A stretch of DNA of 34,059 nt from an uncultured Candidatus Saccharibacteria bacterium (GTDB lineage Bacteria; Patescibacteriota; Minisyncoccia; Phycocordibacterales; EsbW-18). The stretch lies in assembly GCA_964631485.1 (NCBI GenBank), contig CAZVYH010000005.1, positions 14,610 through 48,668 on the forward strand, in the 5' to 3' direction. A program made the position numbers and the translations under genes. Shown in pieces: positions 9,644 to 16,278 of this stretch. Position 1 is the stretch's first letter, and each line of letters opens with the position of its first letter. The notes beneath the pieces are model-generated. The model searched no databases and was not told where the DNA came from. It saw only the letters and a program-made list of their open reading frames with translations.

Positions 9644-10933
9644 TTACAACACGTACTTATTTTGAGTGAGTTTTTGAGAATCCCGTGAAAGTTTAAAAAA
9701 TATACACAGAATAATAATAAGGCGAACCAACTCCATTCCTAGTATGGAAGCAAGAGCACCCCAAATACCATAGAGGGGAAGAAGGATAAGGAGCAATAAT
9801 ATTTTTGTGACAGGGACAATTGTTTGCAGTATATATAACCATTTTTGTTGCATTTGTCCGACAAGGAATTGTTGGAACAGAGCTGCTGGAAAGAAAAGGA
9901 TAACTAGAGAAAATACTTGAGAATACCGAGTGGCATCAGTGTACATTGGGAAGAAAAAACTAAAAAACCAAGGAGCAAGTAAAATGTATATCGCCACAAT
10001 CACAATTGATACAAGAAAGACAATAAAAGCTTTTCGGGGAAGTGTTCTATAAATCAACGTTGGGTCATTACCACTAAACTTTGGCAGCGCCATCGCAGAA
10101 AGTAATTTACTTCCAAAACGTAGTTGTTGCGGTGCTGCAAGTGCAATTGTGTAGAGAGCCATTTGTACAGCTCCAAGATAATGAAACACAAGAAGACGAT
10201 CGAGTTGAAGTGAAATAGAACCAAGAATGTTCATAACGCTCAAATGCTTTCCATATGTTAGGGTTTTTGCCTCTGTTTTTTTAGGAGGGTTGTATCGTTT
10301 TAGTGTAATACGATAGAAAAGTATTGCCGAAACGGCACCTGTCCCGAAGAACGCCGCCACAAGAAAAGGTGTGACATCTGTAAATAGTACAGTGATCCCT
10401 GTCGCCAGTAGTGGAAGAATGGTGCACACAATACCAAAAATGGTTTCTGTTTTGAACTCTTTTTTACCAACAAGAAAGGGGCTAAAGAGTGTACCTGCTT
10501 GGGAAAGTGGCAACGCTATTCCAACGACGATAAGTGACCAACCAAGTACAATGTTCCCTTGTACAAAATAATAAAAGGCCGAACCCCAAGCAATAATCGT
10601 CATCAACACACTCCATGAAAGAAATGTTTTAAAACCCTCACGCACCACCCCATCATTTCCTCGTGCTACAGATTGGATAATAGCTGCACCCATTCCGGTG
10701 AGAGAGAACGCTGTAATAATTCCTGCAAATGATTGGATGAACTTATAGTGACCAAGAGCCTCTTTTGAGATGGTGTTTGCTAAGAGAAGTGTGAGTAAAA
10801 AACCAGATCCAGCGCCTATAATGCGCCCAAAGGTTATCCAAAAACCACCCTTGGCAAGGTAGAGCATATCTGTTTTTGTATACCGCTCGCTCCAACGAAG
10901 GAAGTGTACTATCTTATTTTTTACCTCTTGCAT
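9644..10933 (-). CDS. Wzx-like oligosaccharide/polysaccharide flippase (MOP superfamily)
   Basis: 429-aa polytopic membrane protein with about 12 hydrophobic segments. Its N-terminus is typical of polysaccharide biosynthesis flippases, and it sits in a glycan locus. Confidence 0.72.
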   Translation of the reverse strand: MQEVKNKIVHFLRWSERYTKTDMLYLAKGGFWITFGRIIGAGSGFLLTLLLANTISKEALGHYKFIQSFAGIITAFSLTGMGAAIIQSVARGNDGVVREGFKTFLSWSVLMTIIAWGSAFYYFVQGNIVLGWSLIVVGIALPLSQAGTLFSPFLVGKKEFKTETIFGIVCTILPLLATGITVLFTDVTPFLVAAFFGTGAVSAILFYRITLKRYNPPKKTEAKTLTYGKHLSVMNILGSISLQLDRLLVFHYLGAVQMALYTIALAAPQQLRFGSKLLSAMALPKFSGNDPTLIYRTLPRKAFIVFLVSIVIVAIYILLAPWFFSFFFPMYTDATRYSQVFSLVILFFPAALFQQFLVGQMQQKWLYILQTIVPVTKILLLLILLPLYGIWGALASILGMELVRLIIILCIFFKLSRDSQKLTQNKYVL

Positions 10934-10945
10934 ATATGCTAGTGT

Positions 10946-10957
10946 AGCGTATACGCT
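10946..10957. promoter_or_regulatory. Perfect 12-bp palindrome AGCGTATACGCT in a divergent promoter region
   Basis: It lies between the flippase start (10933, minus) and the methyltransferase start (11007, plus). It abuts the minus-strand -10 candidate TACACT (10941-10946). Confidence 0.35.
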
Positions 10958-10989
10958 TTCTTTTGTCCCTGTGTTGAACCACTACACCG

Positions 10990-10998
10990 TGATACCAT
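10990..10998 (+). promoter_or_regulatory. Extended -10 box TGaTACCAT, 8 nt upstream of ATG 11007
   Basis: TGATACCAT at 10990-10998, spacer tttgtcgt, then ATG. No SD. Confidence 0.35.
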
Positions 10999-11006
10999 TT
11001 TGTCGT

Positions 11007-11741
11007 ATGAAACCATCAAAATTCTTCGTTATTAACGAGATTGAAAAGATGCTTGTCCAAAAGCCTGATTTAGTTATCGCTGACCTTGGGTCGGGACAGT
11101 CAAAGAATTTTGTTGGGCTTCTCAAAAAACATCCACAGATGCGATATGTGGGTTTTGAACCAAATAAGAACGAAGCGGATCAAGCTCGTGCGATACTCGC
11201 ATCATTTCCGACAGCTTCAGTTGAGGAGCGTTTAGGATATGGAACAGATGAAGAAGAATGGAGGGGGAAGTTCGATGTTGTTGTGTCTTTGAGTGTTCTT
11301 GAGCATGTGAAAGATTTAGAAACATTTTTACAGTTTTCTGTGGATCTTTTAAAATCAGGCGGGCGTGTCATTCATTTGTACGACCTTGGACACGCGCTCT
11401 ATCCTTCAAACATCAAAGAGCGTTTTCATGTCGCACTTTGTAACCTCTCCAAAAAGTATTCTTTTATAAAGAAATTTATTCCTGAAACAAAATTTGCTGG
11501 ATATGTAGATGTTTCGTATGTAAAGGATATTCTTCAAAAGAATGGAGTAGGTATAGAAAAGGTGACACAGCACAATAATCCATTCCTTGTTGCTCTACTT
11601 AAAAAAAGTAGTAGTACGACTGTGGACAGAATTCTTACTCTCGTTTGTACTTTGGAAGAGGAGATATACAAGGGTATTGAAGATGTGTCTGTGTTAGAAA
11701 AGACCTTGCCATCAGTGTGTGTTTGGGGGAGAAAAAGCTAA
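11007..11741 (+). CDS. Class I SAM-dependent methyltransferase
   Basis: VIADLGSGQSKNF (motif I)...FDVVVSLSVLEHVKD...LKSGGRVIHL. The first ATG after the promoter-like box is 11007; the ORF-track start 10971 is GTG. Confidence 0.65.
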   Translation: MKPSKFFVINEIEKMLVQKPDLVIADLGSGQSKNFVGLLKKHPQMRYVGFEPNKNEADQARAILASFPTASVEERLGYGTDEEEWRGKFDVVVSLSVLEHVKDLETFLQFSVDLLKSGGRVIHLYDLGHALYPSNIKERFHVALCNLSKKYSFIKKFIPETKFAGYVDVSYVKDILQKNGVGIEKVTQHNNPFLVALLKKSSSTTVDRILTLVCTLEEEIYKGIEDVSVLEKTLPSVCVWGRKS

Positions 11742-11772
11742 TTTTCAAGTGTTCGCCTGAGTCTTTCTAAGG

Positions 11773-11781
11773 TGCTATAGT
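11773..11781 (+). promoter_or_regulatory. Extended -10 box TGcTATAGT, 9 nt upstream of ATG 11791
   Basis: TGCTATAGT at 11773-11781, spacer atttcacat, then ATG. No SD. Confidence 0.45.
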
Positions 11782-11790
11782 ATTTCACAT

Positions 11791-14022
11791 ATGCAACGTA
11801 TTCTTGAAAAAATGTTAGTCGGCGGATTGTTTCTCGTTCCGTTCATTCCTTTCGTGGTGACGGGGTCAATGTTTTTCCCTTTTATTACAGGGAAAGCGTT
11901 CGTGTTCCGTATCATTGTCGGCGTGTTGCTTGCGTTGTGGTTTCTTGTGGTTATTGTAGACACGTCGTATCTCCCTCGTCGGTCACCTCTTATTGTAGGT
12001 ATTCTCACCTTTTTCGGTATTGTTGCGCTTGCCGACCTTCTTGGCGTCAATGTGCATCGGAGTATCTGGAGTAACTTTGAACGTATGGAGGGACTCGTTA
12101 CCTTCATATACCTCTGCGCCTACTTCTTCATTGCGTTTTCTGTTCTGACGAAGAAAAACGCATGGAAGGCCTTTTGGAACACCTCGGTTTTCGTAAGCGC
12201 CGGGGTGGGTATCTACGCACTTCTTCAACTTGTGGGGGTGTTGGTAATGTCTCAAGGTGGCGATCGTGTGGATGCAACGCTCGGTAATTCAATTTATCTG
12301 GCGGTGTACATGCTTTTTCACGTGTTCCTCACACTCTGGCTTTTGTACAAATCTCTACCGGCAAAAGTTTCCTCTGTTTTGTATGTGTGCGCCCTTATTC
12401 TTCAAACAGTTGCTTTGTATTACACGGGAACGCGCGGCACTCTACTTGGTCTCATCGGAGGGTTGGGTCTTTCTGCGTTGCTTGTTGTATGGAAAGGGAA
12501 GCAGCACCCACGGTTGCGGCGCTTGTCCGTAGGATTTATTTTGGCCGTCATCTTATGTGGAGCGGTTTTCTTCAGTCTTCGTGAAAGCTCATTTGTTCAG
12601 AACAATAACTTTCTTTCGCGCATTGCAAACACCTCTTTGTCCGGACAAACAGTGCAGTCACGTCTGGTGTTGTGGGGAAGTATTGCAAAAGACGGTTTTC
12701 TCGAAAGGCCGATTCTTGGTTGGGGGCAGGACAACTTTATTGTTGTGTTCGGGAAATATTACGATCCGCGAATGTATATTCAAGAGCCGTGGTTTGACCG
12801 GGCACACAACGTTTTTTTTGATTGGCTCATCTCTGCGGGTATTCTAGGCCTTCTGGCGTACCTCTCGTTATTTGGTGTCACTCTCCGTACCCTCTGGCGA
12901 TCTGATACGGCGCTCTCCGTTCCTGAACGTGCACTCTTTACGGGTTTGCTTGCGGGATACTTTGTGCACAATATTTTTGTGTTCGATAACCTCATCAGTT
13001 ATATTTTCTTTCTTTCCTTCATTGGTTTTATTCATTCATTTTCATCCCTTCGTTTACGTGATGTTGGTGAGACAGGAAGACGGCGGGGATGGCATTGTAT
13101 ACAAGACGCACATCTTCGCACAGGTATTTCAATTACAGGTGGTATCGTCATACTTATTCTTACCTATACAACAACAGTCCCTCACATTATTGCATCACAA
13201 GCTCTCATCACGGGGATCTCGCGTATAGGACAAGGTTCTGATCCGGCGGACACACTTCCGTTCTTTGAGCGCGCGTTGGACGATTCGATAGGAAAAGATG
13301 AAACACGATTGCAGTTGAGTCGTGTTGCTTTTGCTCTTGCAACAAGGGACGTCCCAGAGGAGATTAAGCAAATGTACCTTTCTCGCGCCTACACGGAAGC
13401 CCGTCTAGCCGCGCAAGAGGATCCTCTTAGTACACGATCAAAGTATTTTTTGGCAATCTTCGAGGCTCGTATTGGTAATTTTGATGAGGCAATACGTTTA
13501 TACGAAGAGTTGTTGACGATTAATCCTGTACGGCAGATATTTCTGAGTGAATATGGCACCGTACTTCTCTTAAAAGGAGAACGCGAACGTGCCAAAGAAG
13601 TGTTTGAAAGACTTGTTGTGCTTGCGCCGGAAAATCGGGACTATATTACTCAGTACATTACGACCTTGTTTGGAATAGGGCAAGAGTCCGATGCGCTTTT
13701 GTTTGCCAGAACTGCACTTGGGACAACGACGGCAGATTTTATTTCCGATGCGTACAACAAGGGGCAGATGACCGACTATAATACAACAACAAAAGTCATC
13801 ACGTTTCAAATTCTTCGAGGTGATCTCCTAGAAAACGCGGATATCAACACATACCTTCTTCAGATTAATGAACTTGCTAACGCGGGGAAAACGGAACAGG
13901 CACTACAACTTATCGATGATGCCGCCGGACTTAACCCTGAATTTGCAAAAGGTGTTCCAATGTTGCGCGAAGCGATATTAAGCGGAAAAGGTCTTCTTTT
14001 GGAGAATACCGCAGGACAATAA
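11791..14022 (+). CDS. O-antigen ligase/polymerase-like (Wzy_C domain) polytopic membrane protein with C-terminal TPR repeats
   Basis: 743 aa. The N-terminal ~480 aa has many TM segments and a Wzy_C-like core (YTGTRGTLLGLIGGLGL, then a large loop WGSIAKDGFLERPILGWGQDNF). The C-terminal ~240 aa is soluble, helical-repeat and TPR-like (AIRLYEELLTINP, AKEVFERLVVLAPEN, ALQLIDDAAGLNPE). Confidence 0.75.
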   Translation: MQRILEKMLVGGLFLVPFIPFVVTGSMFFPFITGKAFVFRIIVGVLLALWFLVVIVDTSYLPRRSPLIVGILTFFGIVALADLLGVNVHRSIWSNFERMEGLVTFIYLCAYFFIAFSVLTKKNAWKAFWNTSVFVSAGVGIYALLQLVGVLVMSQGGDRVDATLGNSIYLAVYMLFHVFLTLWLLYKSLPAKVSSVLYVCALILQTVALYYTGTRGTLLGLIGGLGLSALLVVWKGKQHPRLRRLSVGFILAVILCGAVFFSLRESSFVQNNNFLSRIANTSLSGQTVQSRLVLWGSIAKDGFLERPILGWGQDNFIVVFGKYYDPRMYIQEPWFDRAHNVFFDWLISAGILGLLAYLSLFGVTLRTLWRSDTALSVPERALFTGLLAGYFVHNIFVFDNLISYIFFLSFIGFIHSFSSLRLRDVGETGRRRGWHCIQDAHLRTGISITGGIVILILTYTTTVPHIIASQALITGISRIGQGSDPADTLPFFERALDDSIGKDETRLQLSRVAFALATRDVPEEIKQMYLSRAYTEARLAAQEDPLSTRSKYFLAIFEARIGNFDEAIRLYEELLTINPVRQIFLSEYGTVLLLKGERERAKEVFERLVVLAPENRDYITQYITTLFGIGQESDALLFARTALGTTTADFISDAYNKGQMTDYNTTTKVITFQILRGDLLENADINTYLLQINELANAGKTEQALQLIDDAAGLNPEFAKGVPMLREAILSGKGLLLENTAGQ

Positions 14023-14026
14023 GCAC

Positions 14027-14055
14027 TTGCATTTTATGTGGAGGTATGCTATACT
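14027..14055 (+). promoter_or_regulatory. Near-consensus sigma70-type promoter TTGCAT-N17-TATACT with TGn extension
   Basis: TTGCAT at 14027-14032, a 17-nt spacer ending in TGc, and TATACT at 14050-14055. No protein-coding ORF follows before the terminator at 14110-14135. Confidence 0.45.
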
Positions 14056-14061
14056 GCCACC

Positions 14062-14135
14062 CGTGAGTGCAGTAGCGTGTTAAGCTACTCCACAGACGTT
14101 CTGCGAAAGCTCCGCCCCTTGGGCGGGGTTTTCGT
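14062..14135 (+). ncRNA. Candidate ~70-nt small RNA or terminated leader, family unknown
   Basis: Predicted TSS is about 7 nt after the -10 box. An internal hairpin pairs agtagc (14071-14076) with gctact (14084-14089), extended by gtg/cac. It ends in a GC-rich intrinsic terminator. I recognise no match to SRP, 6S, tmRNA or RNase P. Confidence 0.3.
14110..14135 (+). terminator. Rho-independent terminator
   Basis: Stem ctccgccc / gggcgggg (14110-14117 / 14121-14128) with loop ctt, followed by ttttcgttt. Confidence 0.72.
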
Positions 14136-14242
14136 TTGTTATACCCAGAACCCCTTTTCCATACTGAAATGTGTATTATACTTTCTGGTGCACCGGCGCT
14201 CTATTTGGTGTTTGATTTTACTTTTTTAATAACGAAAAACGT

Positions 14243-14728
14243 ATGAAAAAACTATCTGTATTTTCGATTCTTATCATAATTCTCCTTGGCGGACTCATTG
14301 GAGGTGTTGCGTGGTACTCGTATGACACACTTCTCGGTCCTGACAGCTCTCTGATGGGTAGCTCAACATATGTAGCTGTGTTTCTCACGACCAATCAGGT
14401 CTTTTTCGGAAAGATTGAATCTATGGACTACGAAAACGTTGTTTTGTCGGACACATTCTACCTTCAGCAAGGCGGCAGTGCGGAAAGCCCCGAGTTTATT
14501 CTACAGAAAAGCGGCAGCGAGCTTCATTCACCGGAAGACATAATGTTTATCAACAGGAATCACATCCTCATTATTCAACCACTTCGCTCCTCTTCTCAAG
14601 TTATTCAGGCAATCGGACAGTATAAGGAATCTCTGAAGACGCCGGCAGCAAACCAACAGGCAGAAGCAGTAGTGCCGGATGTTGCGGATATCGTCCCGGA
14701 GGAGTCAGAACCCGAGGTTCTCGAGTAG
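14243..14728 (+). CDS. Hypothetical membrane-anchored protein (single N-terminal TM helix, acidic C-terminal tail)
   Basis: 161 aa. The TM segment is LSVFSILIIILLGGLIGGVAWY, followed by an extracytoplasmic domain and then PDVADIVPEESEPEVLE. No family recognised. A terminator follows. Confidence 0.6.
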   Translation: MKKLSVFSILIIILLGGLIGGVAWYSYDTLLGPDSSLMGSSTYVAVFLTTNQVFFGKIESMDYENVVLSDTFYLQQGGSAESPEFILQKSGSELHSPEDIMFINRNHILIIQPLRSSSQVIQAIGQYKESLKTPAANQQAEAVVPDVADIVPEESEPEVLE

Positions 14729-14753
14729 TCTCTTTCCCTACAAGACTTTTACG

Positions 14754-14795
14754 CCGTCTCCTGTTCGTGTAGAATAGGAGACGGTTTCTTTTTAT
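14754..14795 (+). terminator. Rho-independent terminator
   Basis: 9-bp stem ccgtctcct (14754-14762) / aggagacgg (14776-14784), then tttctttttat. Confidence 0.78.
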
Positions 14796-14857
14796 GCACG
14801 ACCGGCGGCTGCACTCACATAGAACTTCACTTGGAGCTTCGCACCCGCCGGTCATGT

Positions 14858-15874
14858 ATGGACGGAACATCAAACGTCATACTTGCTCCTTTTACCACCT
14901 TGCGCATCGGCGGTCCCGCCGATGTTTTTTATGAAGTTGTTTCCATTGACGATCTTAGAGTTATTCTCAGGACACATTCCAATGAACACATCACGGTTCT
15001 TGGAGGCGGTTCAAATGTACTTGTATCTGACGCCGGTGTTCGTGGTGTCATTATCAGAATGACCATTCCCGGTATTGTGTATGAGAGCCGCGGCACGTAC
15101 ACCCGGGCGATTGTCGGTGCGGGAGAGGGGTGGGATGCGTTTGTTGCAGATACACTCGCACACGGTTTCTCGGGACTTGAAAATCTCTCCGGTATTCCGG
15201 GAAGTGTCGGCGCTTCTCCGGTGCAAAATATCGGAGCGTATGGTACGGAAGTGCGCGAACACATTGAGTCGGTTGAAGTATTTGATACAACGGACGGGAC
15301 ACTCAAATCGCTTTCTTCCGATGACTGTGCGTTCGGGTACCGTGACAGTATTTTTAAATCCTCCGAAGGAAAAAAATATATTGTTACTCGGGTCATATTC
15401 TCTCTTACAAACGTATTTCGTCCGAACACTGCATATAAGGACATAGAGAGTTTTTTTTCGAAAAAAGAATCCGGCCCGCATAGTGCGCAGGACGTGCGTG
15501 ATGCGGTGCTTGCTGTTCGTCGGACCAAATTTCCGGATCTCTCCAAAGAAGGAACTGCCGGTTCATTCTTTAAAAATCCACTTATTTCGAATACGGAAGC
15601 GCAAACGCTTGTACGAACGTATCCCGGTATGCCGGTATTTCCGGCCGGCGACGACCGCACCAAAATTCCTTTGGGTTGGATTTTAGAACATGTTTTGCAT
15701 ATCAAGGGTGTGCGAGAAGGAAATGTCTCAATGTTTGAACATCATGCACTTGTGCTTGTTGCACACAAAGGGGCAACTGCACACGATGTAGATATGTTTG
15801 CACGCGGTGTGGAAAAAAAAGTTTTTGATGCAACCGGTATCACCATTGAACGTGAGGTGTGTACGCTTTCGTAA
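14858..15874 (+). CDS. murB: UDP-N-acetylenolpyruvoylglucosamine reductase
   Basis: FTTLRIGGPAD, LGGGSNVLV, LSGIPGSVGASPVQNIGAYG, FGYRDSIFK and GSFFKNP are MurB hallmarks. The first ATG is 14858; the ORF-track start 14831 is TTG. Confidence 0.92.
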   Translation: MDGTSNVILAPFTTLRIGGPADVFYEVVSIDDLRVILRTHSNEHITVLGGGSNVLVSDAGVRGVIIRMTIPGIVYESRGTYTRAIVGAGEGWDAFVADTLAHGFSGLENLSGIPGSVGASPVQNIGAYGTEVREHIESVEVFDTTDGTLKSLSSDDCAFGYRDSIFKSSEGKKYIVTRVIFSLTNVFRPNTAYKDIESFFSKKESGPHSAQDVRDAVLAVRRTKFPDLSKEGTAGSFFKNPLISNTEAQTLVRTYPGMPVFPAGDDRTKIPLGWILEHVLHIKGVREGNVSMFEHHALVLVAHKGATAHDVDMFARGVEKKVFDATGITIEREVCTLS

Positions 15875-15967
15875 CACACGCTCAGCACACGGAATGTTAT
15901 CCACACTTATGCACAAAAAGTATTGTGTTGCGTGAAGATATGAACGATAATTTTATGTAGTAAACAG

Positions 15968-15988
15968 ATGTGCACGCTAATGTGCACG
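15968..15988. promoter_or_regulatory. Tandem direct repeat ATGTGCACG (x2, 12-nt period), each with a GTGCAC palindromic core
   Basis: ATGTGCACG occurs at 15968-15976 and 15980-15988, immediately upstream of a -35-like TTGGTC (15995-16000). Confidence 0.3.
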
Positions 15989-15994
15989 TTCGTG

Positions 15995-16022
15995 TTGGTC
16001 GACGTTTACCAAACTCTATTAA
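15995..16022 (+). promoter_or_regulatory. Candidate promoter TTGGTC-N16-TATTAA for the micro-ORF
   Basis: TTGGTC at 15995-16000, a 16-nt spacer, then TATTAA at 16017-16022. Confidence 0.35.
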
Positions 16023-16038
16023 TCGTGGTACCACGATT
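16021..16038. promoter_or_regulatory. Perfect 18-bp palindrome AATCGTGGTACCACGATT (operator or 5'-UTR hairpin)
   Basis: AATCGTGGT|ACCACGATT at 16021-16038. It overlaps the -10 candidate and ends 7 nt before ATG 16046. Confidence 0.4.
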
Positions 16039-16045
16039 CAGCACT

Positions 16046-16138
16046 ATGGCAAAGAAAAAAGCAGCAAAGAAGAAAGTTGCAAAACGAAAAGTTGCAAAGC
16101 GCCCTGCTAAGCGCAAAGCTGCAAAGCGCCGCGCATAA
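16046..16138 (+). CDS. 30-aa Lys/Ala/Arg-rich polycationic micro-protein (hypothetical)
   Basis: The ATG...TAA frame encodes MAKKKAAKKKVAKRKVAKRPAKRKAAKRRA. It was too short for the ORF track. It has a dedicated promoter-like region upstream and a strong terminator 23 nt downstream. The only listed ORF here is an antisense one running through both terminators. Confidence 0.45.
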   Translation: MAKKKAAKKKVAKRKVAKRPAKRKAAKRRA

Positions 16139-16160
16139 GCGAACGCTTTGTCCCACATAC

Positions 16161-16190
16161 AAAAAATCGCCCTCGGGCGATTTTTTGTAT
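16161..16190. terminator. Bidirectional-looking intrinsic terminator
   Basis: aaaaaatcgcc-ctcg-ggcgatttttt has an A-tract, a GC stem and a T-tract. It is followed by two further hairpins, one of which is cggcgact-gaa-agtcgccg at 16207-16225. Confidence 0.72.
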
Positions 16191-16248
16191 ACAGCGATTT
16201 AATTGTCGGCGACTGAAAGTCGCCGTTGCCGCCTCTGGTGGGGTTTTG

Positions 16249-16257
16249 TGTTATAAT
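16249..16257 (+). promoter_or_regulatory. Extended -10 box TGtTATAAT upstream of secA
   Basis: TGTTATAAT at 16249-16257. The secA ATG is at 16279. Confidence 0.45.
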
Positions 16258-16278
16258 ACGGCACATTCGTTATATTTT

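Noticed and set aside
14186-14197. GGTGCACC palindrome upstream of 14243, possibly related to the GTGCAC cores at 15970 and 15982
   Set aside because: The GTGCAC hexamer also occurs inside coding regions (for example within secA), so sharing a 6-mer is weak evidence for a common operator.
14038-14229. 63-aa plus-strand ORF in the spacer after the Wzy_C-TPR gene
   Set aside because: It begins with a non-ATG start inside the promoter spacer and reads straight through the intrinsic terminator at 14110-14135. A non-coding interpretation is preferred.
14929-15705. 258-aa minus-strand ORF (and the nested 156-aa and 82-aa ORFs) antisense to murB
   Set aside because: It lies entirely inside a gene with unmistakable MurB motifs. 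The antisense translation is low-complexity (Ser/Pro/Thr/Arg-rich) with no recognisable domain, which is typical of a shadow ORF.
16006-16266. 86-aa minus-strand ORF covering the micro-gene region
   Set aside because: It runs through three hairpins or terminators and the secA promoter. The poly-Phe/Ala translation is simply the complement of the Lys/Ala codon repeats.
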